A stretch of DNA of 64,000 nt from Octopus sinensis. Taxonomy: Eukaryota. Under the pieces are notes generated by a model. The model was not told the DNA's origin and did not search any database. It saw nothing but the letters and a program-made list of their open reading frames with translations. This document shows positions 14,362 to 27,500 of this stretch, in pieces (position 1 is the stretch's first letter; every line of letters begins with the position of its first letter). The position numbers and the translations under genes were made by a program. The DNA lies in the NCBI RefSeq assembly GCF_006345805.1, contig NW_021830466.1:1-64000 (forward strand). The letters run 5' to 3'.

Positions 14362-15002
14362 AAGAAAGAGAGGGTGAGACAGTGAAAGAAGGAGAGAGAG
14401 AGTGTGTGTGTATGTGTATGTGTCCGTGTGTGTGTATGTGAGAGAGAAAGAGAGAGAAATAGAGAGAGAGGGTGAGAGAGTGAGAGATGGAGAGAGAGAC
14501 AGTGGGAAGGGGTGAAAGACAGAGAGAAGGAGAGAAAGACAGCGAGAGTGGGAAAAAGTGGGAGAGGAAACAGAGAGAGACAGAGAGAGAAAGAGAGGAA
14601 GAGAGACATACAGACTGGCTGACAGATCAAGTTTGAAAGAGAGAGAGAGATAAACAGACAGAGGCTGATACACACACACACACACCCACACACACATAGA
14701 GAGAGAGAGAGTGAGAGAAAATTTTAACCCTTTTCCTACTGACCCACCCGAAACTTCTTCCCACCCTGGTTCTGTGATACACCATATTCATCATCATTTT
14801 AATATTCATTTTTCCATGCTTGAATGAGGTCTGACGAAATTCAGTGAGGTAGGTTTTTCCCATGGCCAGATACCTTTCTTGCTCCAAATAAGTTAGGCTT
14901 TTCCCATGGCCAGACATGTTTCCACGGAAGATTGGAAACAAAGGTCACACTCTTTGTATCATTTTGACGCTCAATTGCTACTATCCAGCAAGGTCAATAC
15001 AA

Positions 15003-15052
<50 letters not shown>

Positions 15053-18000
15053 GCAAACACACACACACACACACACACGCAAACACACACACACACACGC
15101 ACACACACACGCAAACACACACACATACACACACACGCGCGCACACACACACGAGGGGAGTTTTTCCAGTTTCCATCTTGCAAATCCACTCACAAGGCTT
15201 TGGTTAGCTTGGGGCCATTGGAAAAGAAACTTGCCAAAGGTGCCAAACTATGGGACTGAACCTGAAACGGTGTGGTTGAGAAGTGAATTTCCTAACCACA
15301 CAGCCATGTCCAGTTTAAAATAATCTAATTTAATTCTAATTCATCTGAAATAAATTCATCAAAGTTATATGTTAATTTATGTTCCAAACACCATCTTAAT
15401 AATAACTTAGAAAGTTTGCTAAATATTTTATTATTTTAAAAAATTAACTGAAACATTTGCGTCGTATTTCAATAAATGAGTGAACCCTTTTGTTACCAAG
15501 CCATCTGACACTCTACCTGGTTCTATGTTACAAACTTGGGGCTTCTTGCTTTCTCTTAAAGTTCTTTTGTTTTCTGGCGGGTTAAATGCTTAGCTCCAGG
15601 ATTTTTGGCATTAAGCAGATAAGAAATGAGCTCAGAGAAATAACAGAGAGTGGCCAGTGGTATGTGTTTGAACAGCAAAGGTGAATAAGGGTATATTAAA
15701 TAACATAGAAAATAAAATCTTGATTTATTGAAATCGTCTCTGCTTGCAGAGAGGGGTAGACTAATTATTTGGTGGCAATTCGTACTAAGTCTAAATGAGA
15801 AAGGAAGATAAACTTGTGAATCAAAAATCCTCCAAATTTGACATGCCTTATAGGCAAAATCAATCCGAGTTTCTAAAGACAACAGGACAGCTGTAGACAT
15901 GTGTTTCTGCTTCATAAAGCATCATAAGCACAACAATTGTCCACCTTAACCTTCAGTGGACGAGACAGATGAAAAAAGAGCGAATATACTTATATATAAA
16001 CAATAAAGCAAATCTATGATAAAATTAGAAAATTATAAGAATAGGTGATAGTAGTTCAATATATGCTACTTATGTTTCAGTGGTAGACATTTTATCGATT
16101 ATTTATGCATTACATCACAGGAGACATCTGCCACTTCTTCAGGTAATAGAATGCTGAGGTAACAGAAATCGGTTGCGCTTACATTTATACCAGCAAAATC
16201 TATTAGAAATGGAACTGTGAAGTACCTTCTACCTTTTCAAAAATGTTCCAAATTTTGTAATGAATGAGTAGAATATAATTATTTAATTATTTAACTATTA
16301 CTTAATTTATGCACCTTCAGAGTATTCTCGTAGTCAGTAACATACTGGAAGTTACCAAGCTAATGATGATGATTGAAGTGGTCTTAACTGACTAGACAGA
16401 TAAATAAATAAATACTCCAGGAAACATAATTGTAAGATAACACGTGTCAAAATGTAAATACCTGTGTAGTCAGGAAAATTTTTAGACATCTTGGTGAATT
16501 TTAATTTTCTGATGAAAAGGTCTTCTTTATTTAGAAAAAGTATGAAGTTCATATTTTCCAGAAACCTATTTTGGACTACATCACTGAATGCTTGCAAACT
16601 GTCCTGCATGCTGTTCTGTAAATAACAAAATATAAGAATGTAAGTGAATAGAAAAAACAAAACAAAACGGAAAACGTATGGAATCGCGATGTTTGTTTGA
16701 TTCGTGTAATGACATCACTAACCAAATTCTAAAAAGACTTTTGGCACTCAACCCTGATCAAGCAGACTTATGATTAAAGGCTTTCCAATCATGACAATCT
16801 CGCCTTTTTTTACTCTGGATCAAGGTGGCTAAGGTCAATAAAAAACTACAAGTGCAGCCACCCCTTTTGTAGGTGAAAACTAGTTCAATCCCCGTTGCCC
16901 CCACTCAGGCAAAGCGTATAGGCTAAGGAGCGAAACACTTGTGACCCCGAGATATCTGTTGACGAAATGGAAGGGGTTTCCAGCACTGCAATGGACCTCT
17001 GGATAGCTCTTGCAGTTTCTGCGTGAAGCAAGATTTCTTTGATGTTTATTTCACCTATCGTATTTTACCTAGGCGTAGGAGTGGCTGTGTGGCAAATAGC
17101 TTGCTTACGAACCACATGGTTCCGTGTTCAGTCCCACTGCGTGGCTCCTTGGGCGAGTGTTTTCTACTATAGCCTTGGGATGACCAAAGCCTTGTGAGTG
17201 GATTTGGTAGACGGAAACTGAAAGAAGCCCATCGTATATATGTGTATATACGTATGTGTGTGTGTGTGTGTGTGTGTATGTTTGTGTGTCTGTGTTTGTT
17301 CCCCCAACATCGCTTGACAACTGATGCTAGTGTGTTTACGTCCCCGTAACTTAGCAGTTGGGCAAAAGAGACCGATCGAATAAGTACTAGGCTTACAAAG
17401 AATAAGTCCTGGGGTCGATTTGCTCGACTAAAGGCGGTGCTCCAGCATGGCCACAAGTAGAAGAGTAAAAAGAGTATCCAAAGTACCCTTCCATCTTCTT
17501 CAAGACGATTGTACGGCTTCACGGGTTGTAGCATGTAGTGTGTAAATGTGTTTGAGCATGTGTAGTGTGTGTGTGTGTGTGTATGTGAGATGCATGGGAA
17601 ACGTATGGTAAATGTGCATGTGTGTGTGAGTGTGTGTGCGTGCGTGCGCGTGAGTGTTTAAACGTATATGAATGTAAGAGTGTGTTTGCGTGTGTGCGGG
17701 GGTGAATGGACGTATGTGAGTATATGAGCGGTTACACAGGCGCGTATTTGAGTGTAAATATGTGTGTGAGTACGTGTGTGTATATGTGTGTGCGTGTGTA
17801 GCATGATTCCCGAATGCGCGTATGTACACGTACGTGAGAGTTTGAGCGGGTGTGCATGCGTATGTTAGAGTAGATGTATGTGTATGTGCGTGTGTGTGTG
17901 TGTGTGTTTGTGAGTGTATGAATGGGTGTTTGTGTATAAGTATGTATGTATAAGTGTGTGTGTGTTTGTATGTGTATGTGTGTTTGCAGGCAAGCGGGGT

Positions 18001-18767
18001 GTGTCCAGGCATTACGTCGTGGTACCGCGTGATTACTCGAACACTCATATGACTACACGGCTCAATATCCTTAAAAGACAACGCGAGTCTCCAGACATCT
18101 TTCGTGGGCAACACCAGACTGATGGGTCGTTACTTCCAATTTTGGTTAGAACCAAATCTTCTAGCATGCAAACACCAAGAACAAAAATAGAGGTGTGTAT
18201 GAGAGTGTGTGTGTGGCGGGTGGTGGAGATTGATTTAATCCACTACAACAGGCAATCCGTCGGTTACGCCGACAAGTGTTCCGGTTGATCCGACCAATGG
18301 AACAGTCTGTTCAGGAAATTAACATGCGAGTGGCCGAGCACTCCACAGACATGCGTGCCCTTAACATAATTCTCAGGAAAGTTTGCGTGACACAGAATAT
18401 GACAAGGTTGGCCCTTTGAGAAATACAGGTGCAACTCAATTTTGCCGGCTAAGTGGACTGGAGCAACGTGAAATAAAGTGTCTTGCTCAACCACACAACG
18501 CGTCGCTGGGAATCGAACTCCCGACCTACGATCGTGTGCTGAATATCCCCTAACCACAAAGTCACGCGCCGCCACTGCAACTCATAAGAACAATCAAAGA
18601 AGAAATCTTAATACAGTTTTATATTTAAGAGATGAGAAATTATTTACATTATTTACATTTGACAGATATTTGTCCTCATCTTGTTTCAGCTGATATACCC
18701 TTCAGCCTTCATCAGGTGTCTTGGGGAAATTTCGAACCTGGGTTCTCATTCCTTAGGTATTCTTCGA

Positions 18768-18841
<74 letters not shown>

Positions 18842-21800
18842 TCATAATATTAACATCGAAAAATACCTTAGGACTGAGAACCCAGGTTCGAAATTTCCCA
18901 AGGCACCGGATGAAGGCTGGAGGGTATATCAGCCGAAACATTGTGTTAACAATAAACAAGATGAGGACCGATATCCATCAAATGTAAATAATGTAAATAA
19001 AGAAATCTTAAATTGATACAAAAAGTTTCTAAAAAGAAAAAGAAAAACGAAAGTAATCCCAGTATAACAATTAAAAAATATGAGGACTGAAAGAATGGCT
19101 CACCATAGCAGGCTCTTCTTCAAGAATCTCATCAAATGCACTGAGAGCTGCAAAGAATATGACGGCACTGACACCTTCAAAGAAAGGGATCCACTTCTTA
19201 CGCTGACTTTTTTGCCCAGCGACATCGATAAACCTAAAAGTGATTCGAAGAAAAAGGAAATAAAAGGAAATTAACAACAAAAAAGGTTATACATAAGGCA
19301 AAAGAAAACAAGAAAAATTGTTTATAACATATTTAGTTACATCATCTTACGCGCATTTTATTTACAATGAATAAATACCAGTTATAAGGGACATTTTCAT
19401 AAATCGATAGCATTGTCAAATCTTCAGAGAATGCGTAATTCTCATGAGAAATCTTTAAGTATTCACACCAGACAGTCGACAGCGTTGTATTGACTACTAC
19501 AACGCAATACTGTGCTGCACGTGCAGTAACCAATTACATTACAATGCACTGCATTCCAAATTGACATCTGTGGAAGGACGGTAAATATTCTTTGTTGTAC
19601 CAGTAGTAGTTTAGAGTAAAATACATAAAAAAAGCAAACACAGGAAAACATCATCATTCATAGGTTTCAAAATATCTATGATGCTGCTTACGTGTTGCTT
19701 TCCTCCCAACTCACACACGGCTATAACTGTTTTTATATTCAGCATTCGGACGGGTTACACACACACACTCACACACACATATGAGAAGAGAGAGGGAGGA
19801 GATGCAGTGCCGTTGATTATTGAATATCTCTTATACAACGACCAGGAAAATATTACAAGAAGCCACCCTATTAACCAAATACAAACACAGGCAGACTGAC
19901 ATGTATCGCATATTAATTTAATAGTCTTAGATCAATCAGAGATTACCTAAGCCATTAGCAAATAAAATCTCTATCTACGAGTGTTTAAAATCACTCGAGC
20001 AAGGGAGATAACTGCAAGGAGATCGAGTGTTCGACTTTTGACATTATTGGCGCAGGCGTGGATGGGTGGAAAGAAGTTTGTTTCTTAACCACCAAGTTCC
20101 GTGTTCAGTCCTATTACGTGACACTTCGATAAAAAAAACAAAAAAACTTTCTTCTATAGCCTCGAAAGACAAAAATCTTGTGAGTGGATTTCGCAGAGAC
20201 GAACGGAAAGAGGGCCACCATGCGTGCGTGTGTGTGTCTATTTGTGTGTGCGTGTTTGTGTGTATGCGTGTGTATGTGTGTCTTTGTCCCCTACCACTGC
20301 TTGGCAACTAGTGTTGGTTGGTTGGTTGGTTGGTGTACGTCTCTGTAACGTAGCGATTCGGCAAAAGACTCCGATAGAATTAATAAGTACCAGGCTAAAA
20401 AGAAAATAAGTACCGATTTGTTCGACTAAACCAGTGGTCCTCAACTAGGGTCCAAGTGACCCTTTGGGGTCATCCATGCGACCCTTGAAGGGTTCATACA
20501 AGATTTTGCCGTCAAAATTCATGTGCTATATATTTGCTCTGCTTTTGCAATACATAAAGTGTCATAACAATTTCTTTTTTTTAAATACAATTCCTTAAAA
20601 AATTAATCATATAAATATAATAGAGATATTTTAAACATCATATGTCTATGAGGGGCCATCTGAGCAAGATAGGAATCAAAGGGGTGGGGACATAGGTAAA
20701 AACTAGTTGAAAACCACTGAACTAAATCCTTCAAGGTGATGCCCCAGCATGAAGGCAGTCCAACGATCGAAACACATAAAAGATAAAAATAACGCGGATT
20801 GGGTTGGATATGAACCAGGAAGGACAACATCACTCACCGATAGGATAAGTTGTTTATCGTGAATACAGACTCTTGAACACCGATTGTAGTTTTCCGAATG
20901 TGAAGAATATCAGCCAAAGTCGGCATGTAGTTCTGTTGCATGATACGTTCAATGTTCGAGAGGAAGCTGAAAGTGAAAATGAAAGCAAAAAGAATTGGTG
21001 AAAGAATAAGTAAAAGACGACAATGATTCCACCACCACCACCACCACCACCACCACCACCACCACCACCACCGCAACCACCACCGCAACCACCACCGCAA
21101 CCACCACCACCACCACATCCACCATCATCATCATCTGTATATCCCTGCATGCGACGTTTCTCAATGTCATCTTCCTCCTCCTTCTCCTCATCGCCACATC
21201 CCTTCCTCCTTCCCATCCCTTTCTCCTCTTCCTCCTCCTCTTCCTATTCCTCCTCCCCCTCTACCACTCCCCCTCTAACTCCTCCTCCTCCTCCTCCCAG
21301 CATTCCTGTATTCATTATCCTTCTCCCCTCTTTCCCTCCCCACACTCCTTTTTCCTTCTCCCCTCCTCCACCCCTTCCTCCCATTTCCCCTCTACATCCC
21401 CCACCTCCCCCTTCCTCACCGCCCACCTTCCTCCTCCTCTCCACCTTCCCCTTCGTCCACCTCATCGCCATCATCTCATCTCTGTGTTCATTGTTCCACA
21501 TCTTCCTTCTTTCCCATCAATACTCCGCTTCCTCATCCTCCTCTCCCTCATCATGATCGTCATCGTCGTGTTACAACGGAAAATTAGTCATAGGAGTTCG
21601 GAGTCGTTTATATTGAGCAACTGGAAATGTCTCCAAGGGCATAAACCCTCTGCCCTACCCCAAAGCTCAAATCCACTAACTTTGAACAGTGACGATGAAT
21701 CTCTAAATGCTGGTGATGTAAAAATTTATGTGGCATTTTCCAGGGCGACTTACTATCACCACTCCTCTTTTGTTTAGCCCTAATACCTCTCTCAAAATTA

Positions 21801-23595
21801 CTCAATGACGCACAGTGCGGATATAAAATGTTGGATAAAAATATAAATCATCTCATTTACATGGATGATTTAAAGCTCTTTGCAAAAAATGACCAACAAC
21901 TCAAGGGCTTACTAACGATTGTTAAACAATTCAGCGATGACATCAGAATGCAATTTGGCCTCGATAAATGTGCAAAAGCTACTTTTATCAAAGGAAAAAT
22001 GACAGAAACATCTAACGTTTACCTCGACCAGCAGAATGTCATAAAAGAATTAGGCCCAGCGGAGAGCTTCAAGTACCTAGGGGTAATTGAAGGGGATGGA
22101 ATAAGGCATTCAGTAATGAAGGAAAGGATCAAGAGAGAATGTTATCGCAGAGTAAGAGCAATACTCAAGCCAGAGCTGAATGCGAGAAACAGGATCGAAG
22201 CGATGAATGCTTTAGCTATACCAGTCGTGACTTACAGTTTCAATATCGTTAACTTGTCAATTACTGAAATATGTAATCTTGACAGAAAAATACGAAAACT
22301 GTTGACAATGCATAGAATGCACCACCCTAAGGCAGATATAGAACGACTTTATCTACCAAGAAAAGAGGGAGGCCGTGGACTTTTACAACTGGCAATAACA
22401 ATGAAGATTGCTACAATTGGCCAAGACACCAATCTGAAAAACTCTGAGGACCGGATGTTAAAACTTGTTTCAAAACATGTAAACAAGAAAGCATCATACT
22501 CAGTAACAAAACAGGCAAAGGAATATCTAAGTGAATTCCGAATACAACAAATTTCGAAATTAGACACACAAGAAACAAGCACAGAAAAAGCTAAGCGCAT
22601 GAAAACCCGTGCTAAAACTGCTGCCTTAGATATTCTGAATGATAAATGGCAAGAAAAACCTCTAAATGGCAAATACCCAAAGAGAGTGAATAATGCAGAT
22701 GTTGACAAAGCCCTGACCCATCAATGGCTAATGGTCTCTGGCTTAAAATCTGAAACAGAAGGATTTATCATAGCAGCTCAAGATCAATGCCTACCTACAA
22801 GGAACTACCAGGCCAACATATTAAAGAACGGCAGTAGCCCAACATGTCGTGTATGTCAACAACAAAATGAAACTATTGATCATGCCTCCAAGTGCAGTCT
22901 TCTAGCGCCTACAGAGTATCCCAACAGACATGATAGAGCTGCACAATATATTCACTGGGTCATTTGCAGAAGCCTGGACTTGTCCCATTATAAAAACTGG
23001 TGGGAACACAAACCACCTCCAGTGCTTGAAAATGACCACATCTCACTCCTCTGGAACTTCACTATTCAAACTGACAGAAAGACGCGAATAGGCCAGACAT
23101 CATAGTAAAAGACTTTAGACAAAAAACATGCCTCCTCATTGATATGACTGTCCCAATCGATATAAACTTATCTGTCAAGACCTACCAAAAACTGAACAAA
23201 TATAAAGATCTGGAGATAGAAATCAGCAAAATGTGGAACCTGAAGACTAAAACAATACCTGCTGTCATAGGTGCCCTGGGAATGATAGCAAAAGGGTCTG
23301 ATTGCTACCTAACTCAGATACCAGGAAACCCCAAAATGGCAGAAATTCAAAAGATAGTGCTCATGGGAACTGTTCATATCCTACGCAAAATACTTTCTAT
23401 GTAATCTCAAATTTTAAAACAAACTCATAATTTTCGTATGTTTTTTTTAGGCATTCACTAGTACAACACTAAGTACAAAACCAAATATATGGCACCCCAG
23501 GCATAACACCAACATGAACTTCCAACTTGTCTCTTGAGGTCTCTGGGTGAGATTTGGAGCCAGTTTGTGCAAATGTAAAGCAAAAGTCAAACATA

Positions 23596-23653
<58 letters not shown>

Positions 23654-24471
23654 TATTATTATTATTATTTAAGGGGGCGAGCTGGCAGAATGGTTAGCAC
23701 GCTGAACAAAATTGCTTAGTAGCATTTCATCTGTCTTTTTATTCTGAGACTGCTAAGGTCGACTTTGCTTTTCATCTTTTCGAGGTTGATAAAATAAGTA
23801 CCAGTATTTCAGGCTTTATGTCTAATTTGATTGAATTCTCTTTCTAGAACAATCTTTGTTACAGTTAACACCCAACTAAATTTAGATTGTTGCTCGGTTG
23901 TTCCTTACTATTAATACGTGCAAGGGTTCCATTATTTTGGCATGCAAGGTTTCCATTATTTTAGCATCTTGTTATAGAAAATCATATCAAGGTGTCATTA
24001 GCTTATAACATTTCTATTAACCAAATCCTGTTCAAATTACTATAAAGCATTTTCCCCGGTTTCTTAACCGTCTGTGCCGTTTAGTTACGCCCTTCGTTTC
24101 AGCAAATGATATGATTGCGCTCTTCAGTAGAATTAATTGCTAGATTTAATGATGAAAACAACTAGAAACATACGACATTGTGGGAATAAGCTTGTAATTT
24201 ATGACGGAAGACAGAACTGTCGCCGTCACAAAGAATTGCTGCCTTTTGAAACGTTTGTATAAGGACACAGATGTCTCTCGAGTTATCAACGAACGGCTAC
24301 ATTACAGTACAATAGTAATTAAACTGAAGGACATCTCAGCATCTGTGCGCGGAAACAAATTTAATTAGATAGAAAAATCGTTGCCAAGTAAATTAAATCC
24401 AGTGACAACAAGTATGTAAGACAACTTCTTTTGCGATGGCGGTTCATAGTATTTCTTTATCGCTCTGTAAT

Positions 24472-24505
<34 letters not shown>

Positions 24506-27500
24506 GACAGTAAATCATAGTATCTCTCTTTACGTCTCACTAACTCTCTCTCTTCCTCGATCTTTCACTCCTTCTCTTGTGTTGTAGGTTTAAGAGTGCT
24601 ATCACATTTACTTATTGAAGATACACAAGCACACAAGATACATTGTTAAACAATATTGAAGTAGTGCCTCTACAAATTAAGTAATTAATATCGTTTTCTC
24701 CCCCACCAAAACCTCTGGTTTCCTTATCTGGTTTTTACTTAACCTCTTCAGAAGAACGGCTCTCATGACTCTTTTATGGGGATTCTGAAACTGGTAAGAT
24801 AGATGAGATTGGTAAGATCCTCGGTCTGAAGACTTGGTTCGAATCCTTACAAAGATTCGAACAGACAGCAAAGTTCTCCATGAGTCAGGTGCTACGAAAC
24901 CTGGTGATTGGTTAAATCTATGACTCACCTCATCAAAAAAAAAAAAAGGAAAAGAAACTAGAAAAGTCCCTTAAAATGAATTCTATACTTTCCGTATACC
25001 AAATTTTATTCATAATGTCAAAACGCCCGCCTAAACTTTATCTAAATCAGGAATGGGCAACCGTTTTCGAGAAGCGGGCCGCGCTACTAAGATAATTCAA
25101 GGTGATTTTTGCTTGGGCGTGCCATTCAGAAAGTCTCGCGGGCCACAGGTTGCTCATGGCTGCTTTAAATGATAGGCTTTGTGACATTGAGAGACAGAAA
25201 GAAAAAAATGAACCATTTTTGGTGGTGGTTGTGGTGGCGGTGGGGGGGGGACGAAGAAGTGACTAAGTGACTTTACCATTCTGATATTTGTAGCATCGGC
25301 AACATTGATAGAGTTGTTAATATTTTATCAAAGGATCTAATATCCGAGAACCTGTCTCTAAACCCAGAAAATATTTCGAGCTAGAGATGGCCACAAATGG
25401 AAAAACTATTGAACGGAGGCGACAAGTTGAAGTAACAGCGAATGTCTAAAAGGTGGATTTGGCTTAGTGGAAAACGAAACATTTTCAAAGTGAAAAGTAT
25501 ATCTCATGCGAAGTGCTCTTGCATTAAATTTATGTAAAATTGTTTCATGGCATGTGTAAAAGCGGAATTTTTGTTGCTTTTGATTTTAAAGTGTATCCAG
25601 TAGCCGGTGGGTCGGGAGTTCGGGAGTTTTGAGGCGTGCGGAACCACTTTTTAATCACTGTTGTTCCCAGATATATTCTAACTGGGACTAGTAGCGCCTA
25701 TTAGGGTCTCAGCTATGGGTTAACTAACAAATTAGGGCTTGCCTGCCTGTGCATGTGAAGACTGGGATTTGTGGACTTTGCAGAAGAAACCTTCATAGTT
25801 CAACAGAATGGAAGGTGGCTGCAGCAATGCATTGTGAAGTGCAGAGAGCAAGATGGGGCAGGCAAGACATCTTGGTCATTCACTGCATTTGATTCCACCT
25901 CCAGTCGTCTTGATCTGGTCTTGCTACTTGGATTGAAGATGGTCACGGATGAGAGAATGAGGTTGACGGGGTTCAACTCTTCTTTAAACAATGTCACTGA
26001 GTAAGTTTTCAGTCTCCTTAGGATGACTCGATGCTCCGATAGACAAACGTGATGATTACAAAATGTAAGTGGAGATATCGGCAGCATTGCCAGTGTACAG
26101 GCAGGGTCCACACTGACGTATCGAATAAGCACCCCACACTCCGCCTTTTTCTTTTTTTTCAAATATTCCTTCGCGTTTTCAAAAACGGAAATTGTGATTT
26201 TGCTAAAAATGGCGCCTTTCTAAAATGTTTTCATTTCCCTTTACCTTTCAACCTTTTTGATTTTTAAACCTTTTTGAATTATATTAAATGTTATTAATAA
26301 GGTGCAGCGCTGACAGAACCGTCAGCATACCGGACAAAGTGCTTAGTGGAATTTCATTCGTCTTTACGTTCTTAGCTCAAATTCCAACGAATTAACTTTG
26401 TCTTGCGGCGTCAATGAAATAATTACCAAGTCAAGTACTGAGGCTGATGTAATCGACTTCCCCCACCCTCAAAAGAAAGTTGCTAGTCCTGTACCACAAT
26501 GGAAACCACTATGAAAGCAGCGAGTTGGCAGAACCGTTAGCATGCCGGACAAATTACTTAGAAGCATTTCTTTGCGTTCACAGTACAAATTCCGCTGAGG
26601 TCAACTTCGCCTTTCATCTTTTCGGAGTCAATAAAATAAGCAGCAGTCAAGTACTGGGATCGATGTAATCGATTAAAAACCCCTCCCCTAAAAAAGTTGC
26701 AGGTCTTGGATAAAGAGGCAAGCTGGCAGAATCGGCAGCGCGCCTTTCAGCTTTTCGGCATCGATAAAATAAGTACCAGTTTAGCACTGAGGTCTACGTA
26801 ACTGACCTATTCCTTTCCCTAAAACCGCTGGCCTTGTGCCAAAATTTGAAACAATTATTATTATTGTTATTTGATTCTACATTAAAAAGTACAGAGATTA
26901 CAATTCTGGAAAAAAAATCAATTTCAACCTCAAATTTATGGATGCCAGTTACTTAAGGTAACGTTTTGCTTTCATTGTGTGATCATAAACCGAAAGATTG
27001 CTGTGCACGCTTTCCTATTAGCGTTACCTTTGTACATGTCTTAATTCTGTTCAATAACCAAAAGGCCTTCTATTCATACAAATATTTGTATCGTTTATTA
27101 CCTCCACCTTAGCGAAGGTATTGTTTTCAAGAACCGTTGGATGGATTCGGATGAAACTTTCAGGCATGTTTGGGTTCGTGACTGGCACGAACTGATTAGA
27201 TTTGGGGATCGATCCGGTACCGGACAAGGATTCTGGATTATTTTTCCTGTTTTTTTTTTTTTTTTTTTTTACTTAATTTTTGAGAGCGGTCGGGTTCATT
27301 TTTAGTATTCTCATTTGTGAGAGCAGTTGAGTATATTTCAGATATTCTCATTTTCTGGCTAATCGTTGAGAGGATGTTGGTGTTGCCTTGGCGGAGTTTT
27401 GCGCCCTCTGAGTGCTCTTGTTATATATATTTTTTCGTTACTGTTTCCGCTTTTTGGTTTTACATATTATCCCGTTCTCTTCATAACTCCTCCTTTTACC

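Larger units (their letters stand above)
18640..19000. repeat. Inverted pair of ~130-150 bp Penelope-type pLTR fragments around an (ATT)n spacer
   Basis: 18640-18771 is the reverse complement of 18852-19000, apart from a few substitutions and one ~18-nt indel. Confidence 0.9.

Noticed and set aside
14627-14941. 104-aa ORF in intron 6, considered as an alternative last exon (as in GoA/GoB)
   Set aside because: No TCA/G5 motif or alpha5 similarity, and it runs into a microsatellite. The true last exon is 14202-14018.
21023-21556. 177-aa proline-rich ORF
   Set aside because: Translation of the (CCA)n/CT-rich tract.
25771-26004. 77-aa ORF containing DGAGKTS (P-loop-like)
   Set aside because: Lacks the first Gly of GxxxxGK[ST] and the preceding hydrophobic strand; no other GTPase motifs.
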